45,096 bases of DNA from the IMG/VR virus record IMGVR_UViG_3300048852_000127, positions 1 to 45,096 of that record; one strand, given 5' to 3'. A program made the position numbers and the translations under genes. The notes beneath the pieces were generated by a model. The model ran no database searches and was not told the origin of the DNA. It worked only from the letters and a program-made list of their open reading frames with translations. Of the stretch, positions 28,803 to 36,643 are shown piece by piece. The number at the start of each line of letters is the position of its first letter. Position 1 is the first letter of the stretch. Origin of the DNA: a virus. Taxonomy: Duplodnaviria; Caudoviricetes.

Positions 28803-28828
28803 TTTCTTAGGCCGTTCCGACCCTCCGT

Positions 28829-28942
28829 CTACCTCAACAGCCCCAGCCTCTCAGCGATGCTCTCTTCAACATACAGGTGAGGACGGATCTCTACCATGAG
28901 AGCGCCGTCGTCTCGGGTGTAGGATTTGCGCTTGGAGGGCAT
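28829..28942 (-). CDS. 37-aa hypothetical protein
   Basis: MPSKRKSYTRDDGALMVEIRPHLYVEESIAERLGLLR; no clear RBS. Confidence 0.35.
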   Translation of the reverse strand: MPSKRKSYTRDDGALMVEIRPHLYVEESIAERLGLLR

Positions 28943-28960
28943 TCCGGTGCTACAAACAAA

Positions 28961-29012
28961 TACGAAAAAACCGCGCAAAGCGCTTGCGCCTTACGCGGTT
29001 TCTGCGTATAAA
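28961..29012 (+). promoter_or_regulatory. Sigma70-like promoter with two 17-bp operator-like sites
   Basis: TTGCGC (28984)-17-TATAAA (29007). O2 TACGCGGTTTCTGCGTA at 28992-29008; O1 TACGAAAAAACCGCGCA at 28961-28977 matches the reverse complement of O2 at 14/17. Confidence 0.75.
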
Positions 29013-29054
29013 GATGGTGTCAGGTAATTGTGCCTGACGAACACGGAGGTCGAT

Positions 29055-29123
29055 ATGAGCATCAAGCTCACCATCGAACTCCGGTGGGGTAAACGGAAAC
29101 TGACCCTTTCCATTACCCTGTAA
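29055..29123 (+). CDS. 22-aa basic amphipathic peptide
   Basis: GGAGG RBS; MSIKLTIELRWGKRKLTLSITL; first ORF after the promoter. Confidence 0.7.
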   Translation: MSIKLTIELRWGKRKLTLSITL

Positions 29124-29127
29124 CCCG

Positions 29128-29165
29128 GAGGGGCCGGGGGAGTCGAAAGGCTCTCCCGGTTCCTC
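29128..29165 (+). other. 17-bp RNA stem with GAAA tetraloop
   Basis: GAGGGGCCGGGGGAGTC-GAAA-GGCTCTCCCGGTTCCTC; fully paired only if four G-U pairs are allowed; no U tail. Confidence 0.75.
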
Positions 29166-29197
29166 ACAGAATATAGACTACACCAAGGGACCGTTCA

Positions 29198-29461
29198 ATG
29201 AGTGAAGCATATCTCAAGGAAGACCTGATTGAGCTTCGCAAGAGCCTCGACTTCACTCAGAAGCAGATGGCTGAGGAGATGGGTTTAAGCCTACGCGCCT
29301 ATCAGGCAATTGAGGCTGGAGAGTCGGAGTATCGGATGCTGCACCGGCTGGCCGCCGAGAGAGTCGCCATGATGCGCGCTGTTGATCTGAAGAACCCTGC
29401 CCTAGCGCCTCTTCCAGTCAGGCAGGATGCCATCGCGCTGGTAGATCTGCTGAGGACGTAA
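29198..29461 (+). CDS. XRE-family HTH regulator
   Basis: LIELRKSLDFTQKQMAEEMGLSLRAYQAIEAGE. Confidence 0.9.
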   Translation: MSEAYLKEDLIELRKSLDFTQKQMAEEMGLSLRAYQAIEAGESEYRMLHRLAAERVAMMRAVDLKNPALAPLPVRQDAIALVDLLRT

Positions 29462-29498
29462 AAAAGCCCCGTGCGATCGTCTCGCCGGGGCATAAAAA
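29460..29498 (-). terminator. Terminator in the late leader (tR'-like)
   Basis: Minus strand GCCCCG...CGGGGC-TTTTTT. Confidence 0.65.
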
Positions 29499-29588
29499 CC
29501 GATATGGGGAGAGCGGTTACATCCTCGCCTCCTGGGTTGGCCGACGCTCAAGAGAGCGCACTGTTTTTGCCAGTCGTCCTGATAGGAA

Positions 29589-29617
29589 TAACTATCAAAG
29601 GCACTGCACAGTTTCAA
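29589..29617 (-). promoter_or_regulatory. Candidate late promoter (pR'-like)
   Basis: TTGAAA-17-TAGTTA at the 3' end of the NusG-like gene. Confidence 0.45.
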
Positions 29618-30224
29618 GACCCAGCCGCACCGTTATCCGCTTCCCGTTGTGAATTACTTCGCAGTCCACTCCCTTTTCTGTGGCTTTCTTGATGGTGGCG
29701 ACGAAACCAGCAAGGTGGCCTTCGGGCACGGTGATGTTTGCCCCAATCAATTCAGCGAGCTTCTCTGCCAGCTTAATCGTCTTGTCGTGCTCGCCGCGTT
29801 CCTGCTTCTCGATCATGCCGTCAATGAGGCCGGCCGGCAGTGCCAGATACTCGCCTGCATTCATGAGGATCGAATACACGCCATCCGTCAGGCGAACCGG
29901 CTCAAAGGGATGCACGCCCTTATCTAGCCCGAAGAACAGATAGCCCGGGAAGAGCGGGCGCTCAACCTTCACCTTCTTCGGATGACCTGGCTTCTGACGA
30001 TGCTTCGGCACTCGAGCCCAGACCGTCTCTTTCGGGAGGAAGGTGGCATAGCCGAGAGCATCCAGCCCTGCCCTCGCCCGCTCTTCGCATTTGGGATTGG
30101 TGAGCACGACGTACCATGTAGGTGAAACCACAGGTGTGCGGAGAGCACGGGGGCGGATCCGTGCTCTGGCGTAGTGAACCTGTCCGATATCGGCAGACAG
30201 CTGGAGGCGGGGGAGATTGGTCAT
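29595..30224 (-). CDS. NusG/RfaH-family antiterminator
   Basis: WYVVLTNPKCE, FLP, PLFPGYLF, KOW-like V.EG.LAGF; occupies the lambda Q position. Confidence 0.88.
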   Translation of the reverse strand: MTNLPRLQLSADIGQVHYARARIRPRALRTPVVSPTWYVVLTNPKCEERARAGLDALGYATFLPKETVWARVPKHRQKPGHPKKVKVERPLFPGYLFFGLDKGVHPFEPVRLTDGVYSILMNAGEYLALPAGLIDGMIEKQERGEHDKTIKLAEKLAELIGANITVPEGHLAGFVATIKKATEKGVDCEVIHNGKRITVRLGLETVQCL

Positions 30225-30436
30225 GCTGCCTTCCCTTTTGCGGCTTCAGGTTTCCGGCTCGACCGAACCGCGTACTTTCGATCGGATACAGTCATATGCG
30301 TCTTTGAGTTCCGAGAGGCCTCTAACTTCCGAGATGCCGAGACGAGAGACGCTCTAAGCTTCGGGTCATCCGTGGCTGGAATAGCGATGGCGCATATGCG
30401 CAGGAGTGCATCGTACTCGTTGAAACCTAGCCTCAT
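30221..30436 (-). CDS. Hypothetical protein
   Basis: ATGA overlaps at both ends. Confidence 0.6.
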   Translation of the reverse strand: MRLGFNEYDALLRICAIAIPATDDPKLRASLVSASRKLEASRNSKTHMTVSDRKYAVRSSRKPEAAKGKAA

Positions 30437-31380
30437 GCCGCACCTTCGTTCGACGGGAAGAGCGCGGGGAAAAACCACCCCAAGCCCTTCTCTGCTTTCG
30501 TCTGCATCGGTGTCTTCATCGGCTTGCCTTGCGCCTCGAAATGCGCCTTCCAGGCCTCCCAGGCACGCGTACCTTCCTGAACCCAGATCATGGTCCGGCC
30601 GCGCTCAACGGCAGCCGCCGCCTTGCGCTCTTCCTCGAGGAAGCCAGCCCAGCCCTTTTCGCGAAGCCAGTTCTGTGGGGCCTTCAGCTTGCGCCCTTCC
30701 CGACGGCAGAACTCCACGTAGCGGCGAGCCACCTTGGACGCATTCTCCTGGGCCTCCGCCGGCATGCGGTAGAAGCCGCTCTCGACGCGCTCCCAGTTGA
30801 TCGTCGGATCTGCTGGCCAGGCCTCCCGGAAGCGATCGAAGCGTGCGCTTGCCGTTTTGGATGGGACTTCCTCCAAATCAATCGAAGATCCCGCACGCAA
30901 TTCCCCCTCGGGGGTTAGGGGGGTAGGTTCAGTGATAGGTTCTTCTGATAGGTTAGGGCCGCAATTTGCGGCTGAGCTCCCCCGCATGGTGCGGCTGAGG
31001 TCGCCGCAATCTGCGGCTGACCCCTCGGCCGCAATTTGCGGCTGAGGTCCCAATCCCTTGTGTGTGCTCCTCCGGTTTGACGCTAGGTCGTTCTTCAGTC
31101 GTTCACGGCTGAAAAGGATCGTGATGAGTTTGCTCTGCTCGCCGCCGTCGGCACGGCGACCGGCACGCGCGCTGCGCTTGATGAAGCCCGCAGCCTCAAG
31201 CTCCTTGATGTGCCGATCCACGCTGTCGATCGATTGCTCGGAATCCTCAGCCAGGGTCTCGCGCGAAGGCCAGCAGACGCCATCCTCATCCGCATAGTTG
31301 GCGATGGCCAAGAGAAGCGCTTTGCGCGCTGGTGAGCCTGTTTTCTGGGCCGCAGCCCATGCCATGGCTTGGAAACTCAT
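30433..31380 (-). CDS. Replication initiator with N-terminal winged HTH
   Basis: LLLAIANYADEDG.CWPS.ETLA, SV.R.IKELE..GFI; internal iterons; C-terminal F..F..AWP / NWL. Confidence 0.85.
   Translation of the reverse strand: MSFQAMAWAAAQKTGSPARKALLLAIANYADEDGVCWPSRETLAEDSEQSIDSVDRHIKELEAAGFIKRSARAGRRADGGEQSKLITILFSRERLKNDLASNRRSTHKGLGPQPQIAAEGSAADCGDLSRTMRGSSAANCGPNLSEEPITEPTPLTPEGELRAGSSIDLEEVPSKTASARFDRFREAWPADPTINWERVESGFYRMPAEAQENASKVARRYVEFCRREGRKLKAPQNWLREKGWAGFLEEERKAAAAVERGRTMIWVQEGTRAWEAWKAHFEAQGKPMKTPMQTKAEKGLGWFFPALFPSNEGAA
30958..31045. repeat. Four palindromic iterons, probable origin
   Basis: GCCGCAATTTGCGGCTGA at 30958 and 31028, CCCGCATGGTGCGGCTGA at 30981, GCCGCAATCTGCGGCTGA at 31003. 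Confidence 0.85.
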
Positions 31381-31961
31381 GCGGCCACCTCGTCGAACTT
31401 GGTGGTCTCGTTGCCCCAAGCCTCCCAGCCTGGTGCCGACGAGCGCGCGAACAGCTCACAGCGTGGGCCTTCGAACAGATTTGCAATCTCGTCTCTTGTC
31501 TTCTCAGGCTTGCGACTGTGCTCTCGCCGGCGAGCGAAGAACAGGCTGGCAGGCTTGTTGGCCACGAGCTGCTCCGGCTTACCGCGCTTGGCGATGATAA
31601 GCAGCTCGCAATTGTTCACGACCTCGTAGCCAGTGCCACGGGCAAGGCTGTCGGCGTAGATGAACATCTCATCCTCGGACGACCACAGCTTGCCCCACAC
31701 GCGTGCGGTCGAGTATCGGAAGCCCCAGGCCTTCAGGATTTCTGGCACCTTGTGCAGGAGCGGCATGGTCGTCCACATGAACAGCCGGCAGCCATCAGGG
31801 TGCGCGAGCTGATTGACGGGCAGGGCCGCGATGTCCTTGAGTGACATGGTCGGATAATGATTGCGCGGGTTGCGGCTCGGGCCAGAAGAGAACTTCCACG
31901 GCGGATCAGCATAGATCACGCGATATCGGCCCTGTTGGAGAGGATCGAAAGGCCACGTCAT
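31377..31961 (-). CDS. MT-A70 family adenine methyltransferase
   Basis: VIYADPPW, HYPTM, LFMWTT, WGF.Y, HSRKP, ELFAR, WGNE. Confidence 0.93.
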   Translation of the reverse strand: MTWPFDPLQQGRYRVIYADPPWKFSSGPSRNPRNHYPTMSLKDIAALPVNQLAHPDGCRLFMWTTMPLLHKVPEILKAWGFRYSTARVWGKLWSSEDEMFIYADSLARGTGYEVVNNCELLIIAKRGKPEQLVANKPASLFFARRREHSRKPEKTRDEIANLFEGPRCELFARSSAPGWEAWGNETTKFDEVAA

Positions 31962-32305
31962 GCCGCCGCCCTCGCCCGCTTGCGCACGACGCCCCAGCCC
32001 TCAAGCACGCGGATCGGCTCGTCGCGGCCATGGGTGACTGCGTAGGGCGTACCGTTGACGATCAGCAGATCCCGAAACGCTTTCTGCTCGGGGCGCAGCT
32101 TTCCGGTTTCAGTCTTGAGTTCAAGGAAGCCGACACCCACCGTCCCGCCGATCACCAGCAGATCGAACAACCCTTTGCAGAGCCCAGCCTGTCCGAAGGC
32201 GTTCTGGTTCGGGATAGCGGCGACCAGCGTGCCAGGCAGCCCGAAGGTTCGCCAATGATGGATGATCGCCTTCTGGATGGCCGCTTCAGAGACGCGCGCT
32301 TTCAT
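31958..32305 (-). CDS. VRR-NUC-like PD-(D/E)XK nuclease
   Basis: SEAAIQ, G..DL, FLELK...GKL..EQ. Confidence 0.8.
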   Translation of the reverse strand: MKARVSEAAIQKAIIHHWRTFGLPGTLVAAIPNQNAFGQAGLCKGLFDLLVIGGTVGVGFLELKTETGKLRPEQKAFRDLLIVNGTPYAVTHGRDEPIRVLEGWGVVRKRARAAA

Positions 32306-32655
32306 GCAGCACCTGCCTGGCGCAGATGCGCCTCAACGGCTTCCTGGATGAAGGCCGCTGGCGACACTTTCCGGCGCGCGGCTGCACTCCGCACCAGCGT
32401 CATGGCACGCTGCGAAAGCTCCACGGGAAACACTGATGCAGATGGTTGGATGACGATGGCCCGGGCGAGCCCATGCTCTCTGCGGATCCGTCCCCGGGCC
32501 TCCAAGGCTTCAAGCAACCGATGGATGCTGGATTTCGAACGGAGCCCAAGCGCCTCCTTCATCTCATCGAACGACGGCGAGACGCCATGCTGCTCGAAAT
32601 AGGAGACGATGAACCGAAAGAGCTCATCCTGCTTGAGAGTGAGCCCAGCGATCAT
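32302..32655 (-). CDS. LexA DNA-binding domain with RHH-like C-terminus, no peptidase domain
   Basis: [40 protein letters not shown]...ARAI. Confidence 0.85.
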   Translation of the reverse strand: MIAGLTLKQDELFRFIVSYFEQHGVSPSFDEMKEALGLRSKSSIHRLLEALEARGRIRREHGLARAIVIQPSASVFPVELSQRAMTLVRSAAARRKVSPAAFIQEAVEAHLRQAGAA

Positions 32656-33479
32656 GCCCGCGCCCCCCTGCCCTTGCTGGCGGTCCAGTCAGCTGCCCAG
32701 AGCGCATCCGCCCATTGCTGCAAACCCCAGTCATCGCCAGGGTTGATCGTTTCCGCGATCTTTGCGACCACGCGCGAACCGTGGAGGATCGTGGTATGAT
32801 CGCGCCCGCCGAGACCGCGCCCGATGGCCGGCAGCGACATTAGCGTGAACTGGGTCGCCAACCACATCGCGATCTGGCGGGCCCTCACGAGCGACTGAGT
32901 ACGGCGCCCGGTCTTCATGTCATGGACCGACACCATGGAAGCCCTAGAGGCCGCGACGAGGCACTCAGCCAGAGAAGCCGTGCGGCGGTTCTGTAGGTTC
33001 AGGGCCGCATGGTTCCAGAGCGGGGAGATACACGACAGCGGATCGTTGAGGATCGGCAGTGCCTCTGCGCTTATGACCGGATCAAACTCCTGAAGCGCTC
33101 GGCCAGCCGCGCCAAAAGTCAGCCCGCAGATGATCGCGGCATGGGTCGGCTCGGATGTGAGTGAGCGGGTCAGGACTACGACAGCCACCTGCCGAGCGAG
33201 AGCTGCAACCTTGGACAGGCTGGTCAGCATGTCGTCGAGCTGAATCTCAGCCCTGGTTGCCACGGCATCAAGGATGCAGGCCTCTCGCTCACTTAACTGC
33301 CGGTGCCGCACGTCATCGAGCTCTGGCTCGTCCAGCTCCGGCTCATCTGGTACAGGCGTCTCAGGCAGATTGTTCTTCATGCGGGGTCGCACCGAAAAGA
33401 ACGTAGCGTTGAGTGCCCGTCGATTGGCCTGCATCTGCTCAAGGGTTGTCGGGTTCGGGAAAGGCACTGCCATGATCAA
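32652..33479 (-). CDS. Protein with DnaA domain IV (Bac_DnaA_C-like)
   Basis: [28 protein letters not shown]. Confidence 0.85.
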   Translation of the reverse strand: MIMAVPFPNPTTLEQMQANRRALNATFFSVRPRMKNNLPETPVPDEPELDEPELDDVRHRQLSEREACILDAVATRAEIQLDDMLTSLSKVAALARQVAVVVLTRSLTSEPTHAAIICGLTFGAAGRALQEFDPVISAEALPILNDPLSCISPLWNHAALNLQNRRTASLAECLVAASRASMVSVHDMKTGRRTQSLVRARQIAMWLATQFTLMSLPAIGRGLGGRDHTTILHGSRVVAKIAETINPGDDWGLQQWADALWAADWTASKGRGARA

Positions 33480-33835
33480 GCCCCAATTCCGTATCGGCGC
33501 TGCAGCTCGGTCATCGGCCTCTCCTCGCGTACACGTGCACGCGCACGTGCGAGAGCAGGAACGCTCTCAGGTGTTGTCTTCTCGACATCCTGAGCGAGAC
33601 TGAACATGCCGAGTTCGGACAGGTACAGAGCAAGGATCGCATTCTGTTCTTGTACGGCGGGCAGATCCTTGCGGCGCAGGCCGATGACTTGCTTGAGAAC
33701 CTTCACGTCATAGCCCATGGCCTTGGCTTCGGCGTAGACATCACGCTTGTCCGCGTTGAGTTCGACGATTTCGCCTTCGATGCGCTCGATGCGTTCGACG
33801 ATGGACTTGAGCTGTGTGCGTTCAATCTCGCTCAT
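33476..33835 (-). CDS. GapR/DUF2312-family DNA-binding protein
   Basis: QLKSIVERIERIE, D.RDVYAEAKAMGYD.KVLKQVI.LR, LYL..LGM. Confidence 0.9.
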   Translation of the reverse strand: MSEIERTQLKSIVERIERIEGEIVELNADKRDVYAEAKAMGYDVKVLKQVIGLRRKDLPAVQEQNAILALYLSELGMFSLAQDVEKTTPESVPALARARARVREERPMTELQRRYGIGA

Positions 33836-34332
33836 GCTGCGGTTCCCCGGATCGGAATGATGGCGGTCGTGGGTTTCAGGTCCTCACGGAGTTCCGCGAG
33901 TTCCTTCTCTTCGGCAGCAGCTGCATCATCGATTGCTATCTTTTCTGCGGGATCGAGACGGCCATCTGCCAGGGCGTCTGCGATGGTGGTCGAGAGACGC
34001 GCCTGCGCGCGAGTCGTGTCGGCCAGATGCTGGATGAGTGTTTCACCCTCCGCCTCGGTTGTGTTGCGAGGCACGAGCTTGAACCCTGCCAGATCTGCGA
34101 GGACGCGAAGGGTTTCCGGCTCTCCTCCCCTGCGGACAATCTCCATGGTGATGTCGAGAAGGACATCCGCCGGCACATGCGTGGTGATGTTCTGATCGGA
34201 GATCGACGAGTAGCGGGAGATCAGGGCCTGGCCGACGCGGCTCTTGCTGGCGGCGACAACCACGCCGCCGAGGCGATCAACGTCATGATCAAAGGCGGCT
34301 TTGATGGCTGAATAGGGATTTCGAGCGTTCAT
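33832..34332 (-). CDS. CII-like phage regulatory protein
   Basis: GG..AA, ISRY, P.DV, LADLAGF.LVP, ALADG..D..E; after cro. Confidence 0.7.
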   Translation of the reverse strand: MNARNPYSAIKAAFDHDVDRLGGVVVAASKSRVGQALISRYSSISDQNITTHVPADVLLDITMEIVRRGGEPETLRVLADLAGFKLVPRNTTEAEGETLIQHLADTTRAQARLSTTIADALADGRLDPAEKIAIDDAAAAEEKELAELREDLKPTTAIIPIRGTAA

Positions 34333-34343
34333 GGAATGTTTGC

Positions 34344-34694
34344 CTAGCGATTTGAGGTGATTGCTTGGCCGACGAGGGCGATATTCCCATCCAGGGAATG
34401 GGGGCTGGAACGATGGGCGATTGCAAAGAGACGAAGGGAGCGAGCGACCGAGAAGTGCGCGCTCACGTTCGCCGCGTCCTGAAGCAGCTTATGCCGAAGC
34501 GTGGTGAGAAGAAGAAAGGCGCGGGCGACCGGAGGGAACGGTTGCACATGGTCGCCCGCGCAGTTGGCACCGGCTCGGGAGGATTGGCCGATGCGGGAAA
34601 ATAAAAGCCCGGAAGTGGTACTCGCCGGAGTTACCACTCGTGCGCAGAGGCCTCGGCAAATCACCTGTGCTTCAATAAAATTGGGGTAGTTCAT
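34344..34694 (-). CDS. Hypothetical protein (doubtful)
   Basis: ORF in operon orientation; no motif. Confidence 0.3.
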   Translation of the reverse strand: MNYPNFIEAQVICRGLCARVVTPASTTSGLLFSRIGQSSRAGANCAGDHVQPFPPVARAFLLLTTLRHKLLQDAANVSAHFSVARSLRLFAIAHRSSPHSLDGNIALVGQAITSNR

Positions 34695-34757
34695 GCTGCT
34701 GCTCGCACCTTCCGAAAAATGAAAAGCCGTTCTCGTGCGCTGTCGGAGATGCGTGAG

Positions 34758-35054
34758 TTACGCGGCTTCAACGACTGCGCTTGCCGGAACGTCGTCTTGA
34801 AAAGGGTGCGGTCGCTCCGGAGGCGTAGGCCTCGGCACATCAGCCGGCCACGCAACATCCGCGGGCCAGTTGTCAGAGAGCCATTCCATCACCCTATCGT
34901 AGGTGCGGATCGTGAACCCCTGCCCAGAAGATATCCGGGCAAAGTAGGTGTTGTCGTTGAGTGCACGCTTGCCGACGGTCGCGGGGGTGATCCCCGTTGC
35001 CTCCTCGAACAAAGCGGCGCATTCAAAAAGGTGGGCGCGTAATGTCTCTTCCAT
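34758..35054 (-). CDS. Cro-like regulator, probably leaderless
   Basis: ATVG..ALND..YF.RI..G..FT.RTYDRV..WLS.NWP....WP.DVPRP; divergent from cI. Confidence 0.8.
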   Translation of the reverse strand: MEETLRAHLFECAALFEEATGITPATVGKRALNDNTYFARISSGQGFTIRTYDRVMEWLSDNWPADVAWPADVPRPTPPERPHPFQDDVPASAVVEAA

Positions 35055-35060
35055 GTCCGC

Positions 35061-35138
35061 ATAATGAACGGATTTTTCCGTACTTGCAACAGGAAATTTC
35101 CGTGTCGCTTCCACTTGGAAGAAAGCGGATAATTCCGC
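35061..35138. promoter_or_regulatory. OR-like switch: three operators and divergent promoters
   Basis: ACGGATTTTTCCGT 35068, CAGGAAATTTCCGT 35090, GCGGATAATTCCGC 35125. Minus strand TTGCAA-17-CATTAT; plus strand GATAAT 7 nt before the cI ATG. Confidence 0.85.
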
Positions 35139-35140
35139 CT

Positions 35141-35917
35141 ATGAGACAGAATAGCCCCGAGCGCCTTCGCGCCAACCTCGCAGCACTGATTGACTCCAAA
35201 GGGGTAGATCCGACCAACTTGGCGAAGAAGATCGGTCGCAAGCCCGACTACCTTCGCGATTTCCTGAATGGACGAAAGAAGTCCATCGGAGCGGCGGAGG
35301 TGACGGCTCTTGAGGAGGAGTTCGCATTGAAGCCGGGGTCACTGTTTAAGTACGAAATCGAGGAAGACGACACCGTTCGGCGCGTTCCAGTCGGCCAGGA
35401 GTTTGACCCAGATCCGGAGTTCATTGAGGACCGAGCCAATCATGCGGTGGAGATCCGGATACAGCGCGGCGATCTCCAGCCGGGAGAAGTACCAGAACGG
35501 AATGTGGTGGGCGGCCTTGGCGAGGGTGGCCTTGCGCCCGGCGTGATGGTTGATGGCAAAGTCTTGGACGGTGTCAGGGCCGTGTGGCGCCTGCCGGTGG
35601 ACTATCTGCACACCGAACTGCGAGCTAAGGAAGCCGAGGTCGATTTCATCCCGGTTGATGGCGACTCGATGATCCCTACTCTACTTCCCGGCGATCGGGT
35701 GATGATCAATCGCAGCCAGACAGCCCCTTCGCCAGACGGCCTTTTCGCGATCTTCGACGGTATTGGCATCGCGGTGAAGCGGCTCGAGGTTGTGAAGGGC
35801 AGCAATCCAGTCAAAATACGAATCAAGTCTGACAATCCCGCCCATGGGACAGATGAGATCCTTGCAGATGACCTTCAGGTAATTGGACGCGTCGTATGCA
35901 AGGTAACAAGGCTCTAG
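35141..35917 (+). CDS. CI-like repressor, HTH plus S24 peptidase
   Basis: LAKKIGR..DYLRDFLNGRK; VDGDSM.P (Ser) and VKRL (Lys). Confidence 0.92.
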   Translation: MRQNSPERLRANLAALIDSKGVDPTNLAKKIGRKPDYLRDFLNGRKKSIGAAEVTALEEEFALKPGSLFKYEIEEDDTVRRVPVGQEFDPDPEFIEDRANHAVEIRIQRGDLQPGEVPERNVVGGLGEGGLAPGVMVDGKVLDGVRAVWRLPVDYLHTELRAKEAEVDFIPVDGDSMIPTLLPGDRVMINRSQTAPSPDGLFAIFDGIGIAVKRLEVVKGSNPVKIRIKSDNPAHGTDEILADDLQVIGRVVCKVTRL

Positions 35918-35935
35918 AATAGGACTTGGGGGCAC

Positions 35936-36436
35936 ATGATCACGAAAATCGTAGCGACTGTCGCGGTGGCAGTGCTGGCAAGCGCGTGCGTAAGCACGGC
36001 AACAGTTCAGGCCACTTTCGACCCTAAGGCCGCAGCGTATATCCATCAGCAAGGCTCAGGTCGCATCGAGGGCCAGGCGTTCCTCCGCCAGCAAGGTGGT
36101 GGCGTTGTAAAAGCCGCAGGTGAGGATGTTTATCTAATCCCGGCGACCGCCTACGCGCGCGAGCGGTTCGCGGCCATCTACGGTGGGAATAAGTCGACCT
36201 TCTTTGGCAAAAAGATCGAGAACACTCCTCCCGAGTATGAGCAATACACCCGTAAAACAAAGGCCGACGCCGAGGGCCGCTTCGTGTTTGAGAACGTAGC
36301 ACCAGGGAGCTACTTGGTTCAGACACAAGTCTTCTGGTCAGTCCCAGGCAGCTACGTTCCGTCCGGGGCTAACTTCTATGAAACCGTGGAAGTAAGCAGC
36401 AAGGCCACGTCGAATGTGATCCTTGCCGGCAGATGA
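35936..36436 (+). CDS. Lipoprotein with beta-sandwich (carboxypeptidase-regulatory-like) domain
   Basis: Lipobox LASAC; GQAFLRQQGGGVV, ADAEGRF.F..V.PGSY. Confidence 0.8.
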   Translation: MITKIVATVAVAVLASACVSTATVQATFDPKAAAYIHQQGSGRIEGQAFLRQQGGGVVKAAGEDVYLIPATAYARERFAAIYGGNKSTFFGKKIENTPPEYEQYTRKTKADAEGRFVFENVAPGSYLVQTQVFWSVPGSYVPSGANFYETVEVSSKATSNVILAGR

Positions 36437-36523
36437 CTCGGGATAGTCCTCACGTGCATGCGCGCGAGGGCTCCGCCGCTCTCGCGGCAGGAAGAAACAA
36501 CTTGCAGCGGAGCAGGAGAAGCT

Positions 36524-36643
36524 ATGAGCGACAAGGATAAGGACAGACCGCCGCCCAACGAGAAGCCACCACCGCCATCACAGGAGGGGCTTGTTGGCAC
36601 CCGCAGCGAAGTACCTAAGGATAGAAGTACCAAGACCAAGTAG
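36524..36643 (+). CDS. 39-aa Pro-rich charged peptide
   Basis: AGGAG RBS; MSDKDKDRPPPNEKPPPPSQEGLVGTRSEVPKDRSTKTK. Confidence 0.55.
   Translation: MSDKDKDRPPPNEKPPPPSQEGLVGTRSEVPKDRSTKTK

Noticed and set aside
28494-31045. CRISPR array associated with the Cas2-like gene
   Set aside because: The only regular repeats are intragenic iterons with 4-7 nt gaps; no spacers and no other cas genes.
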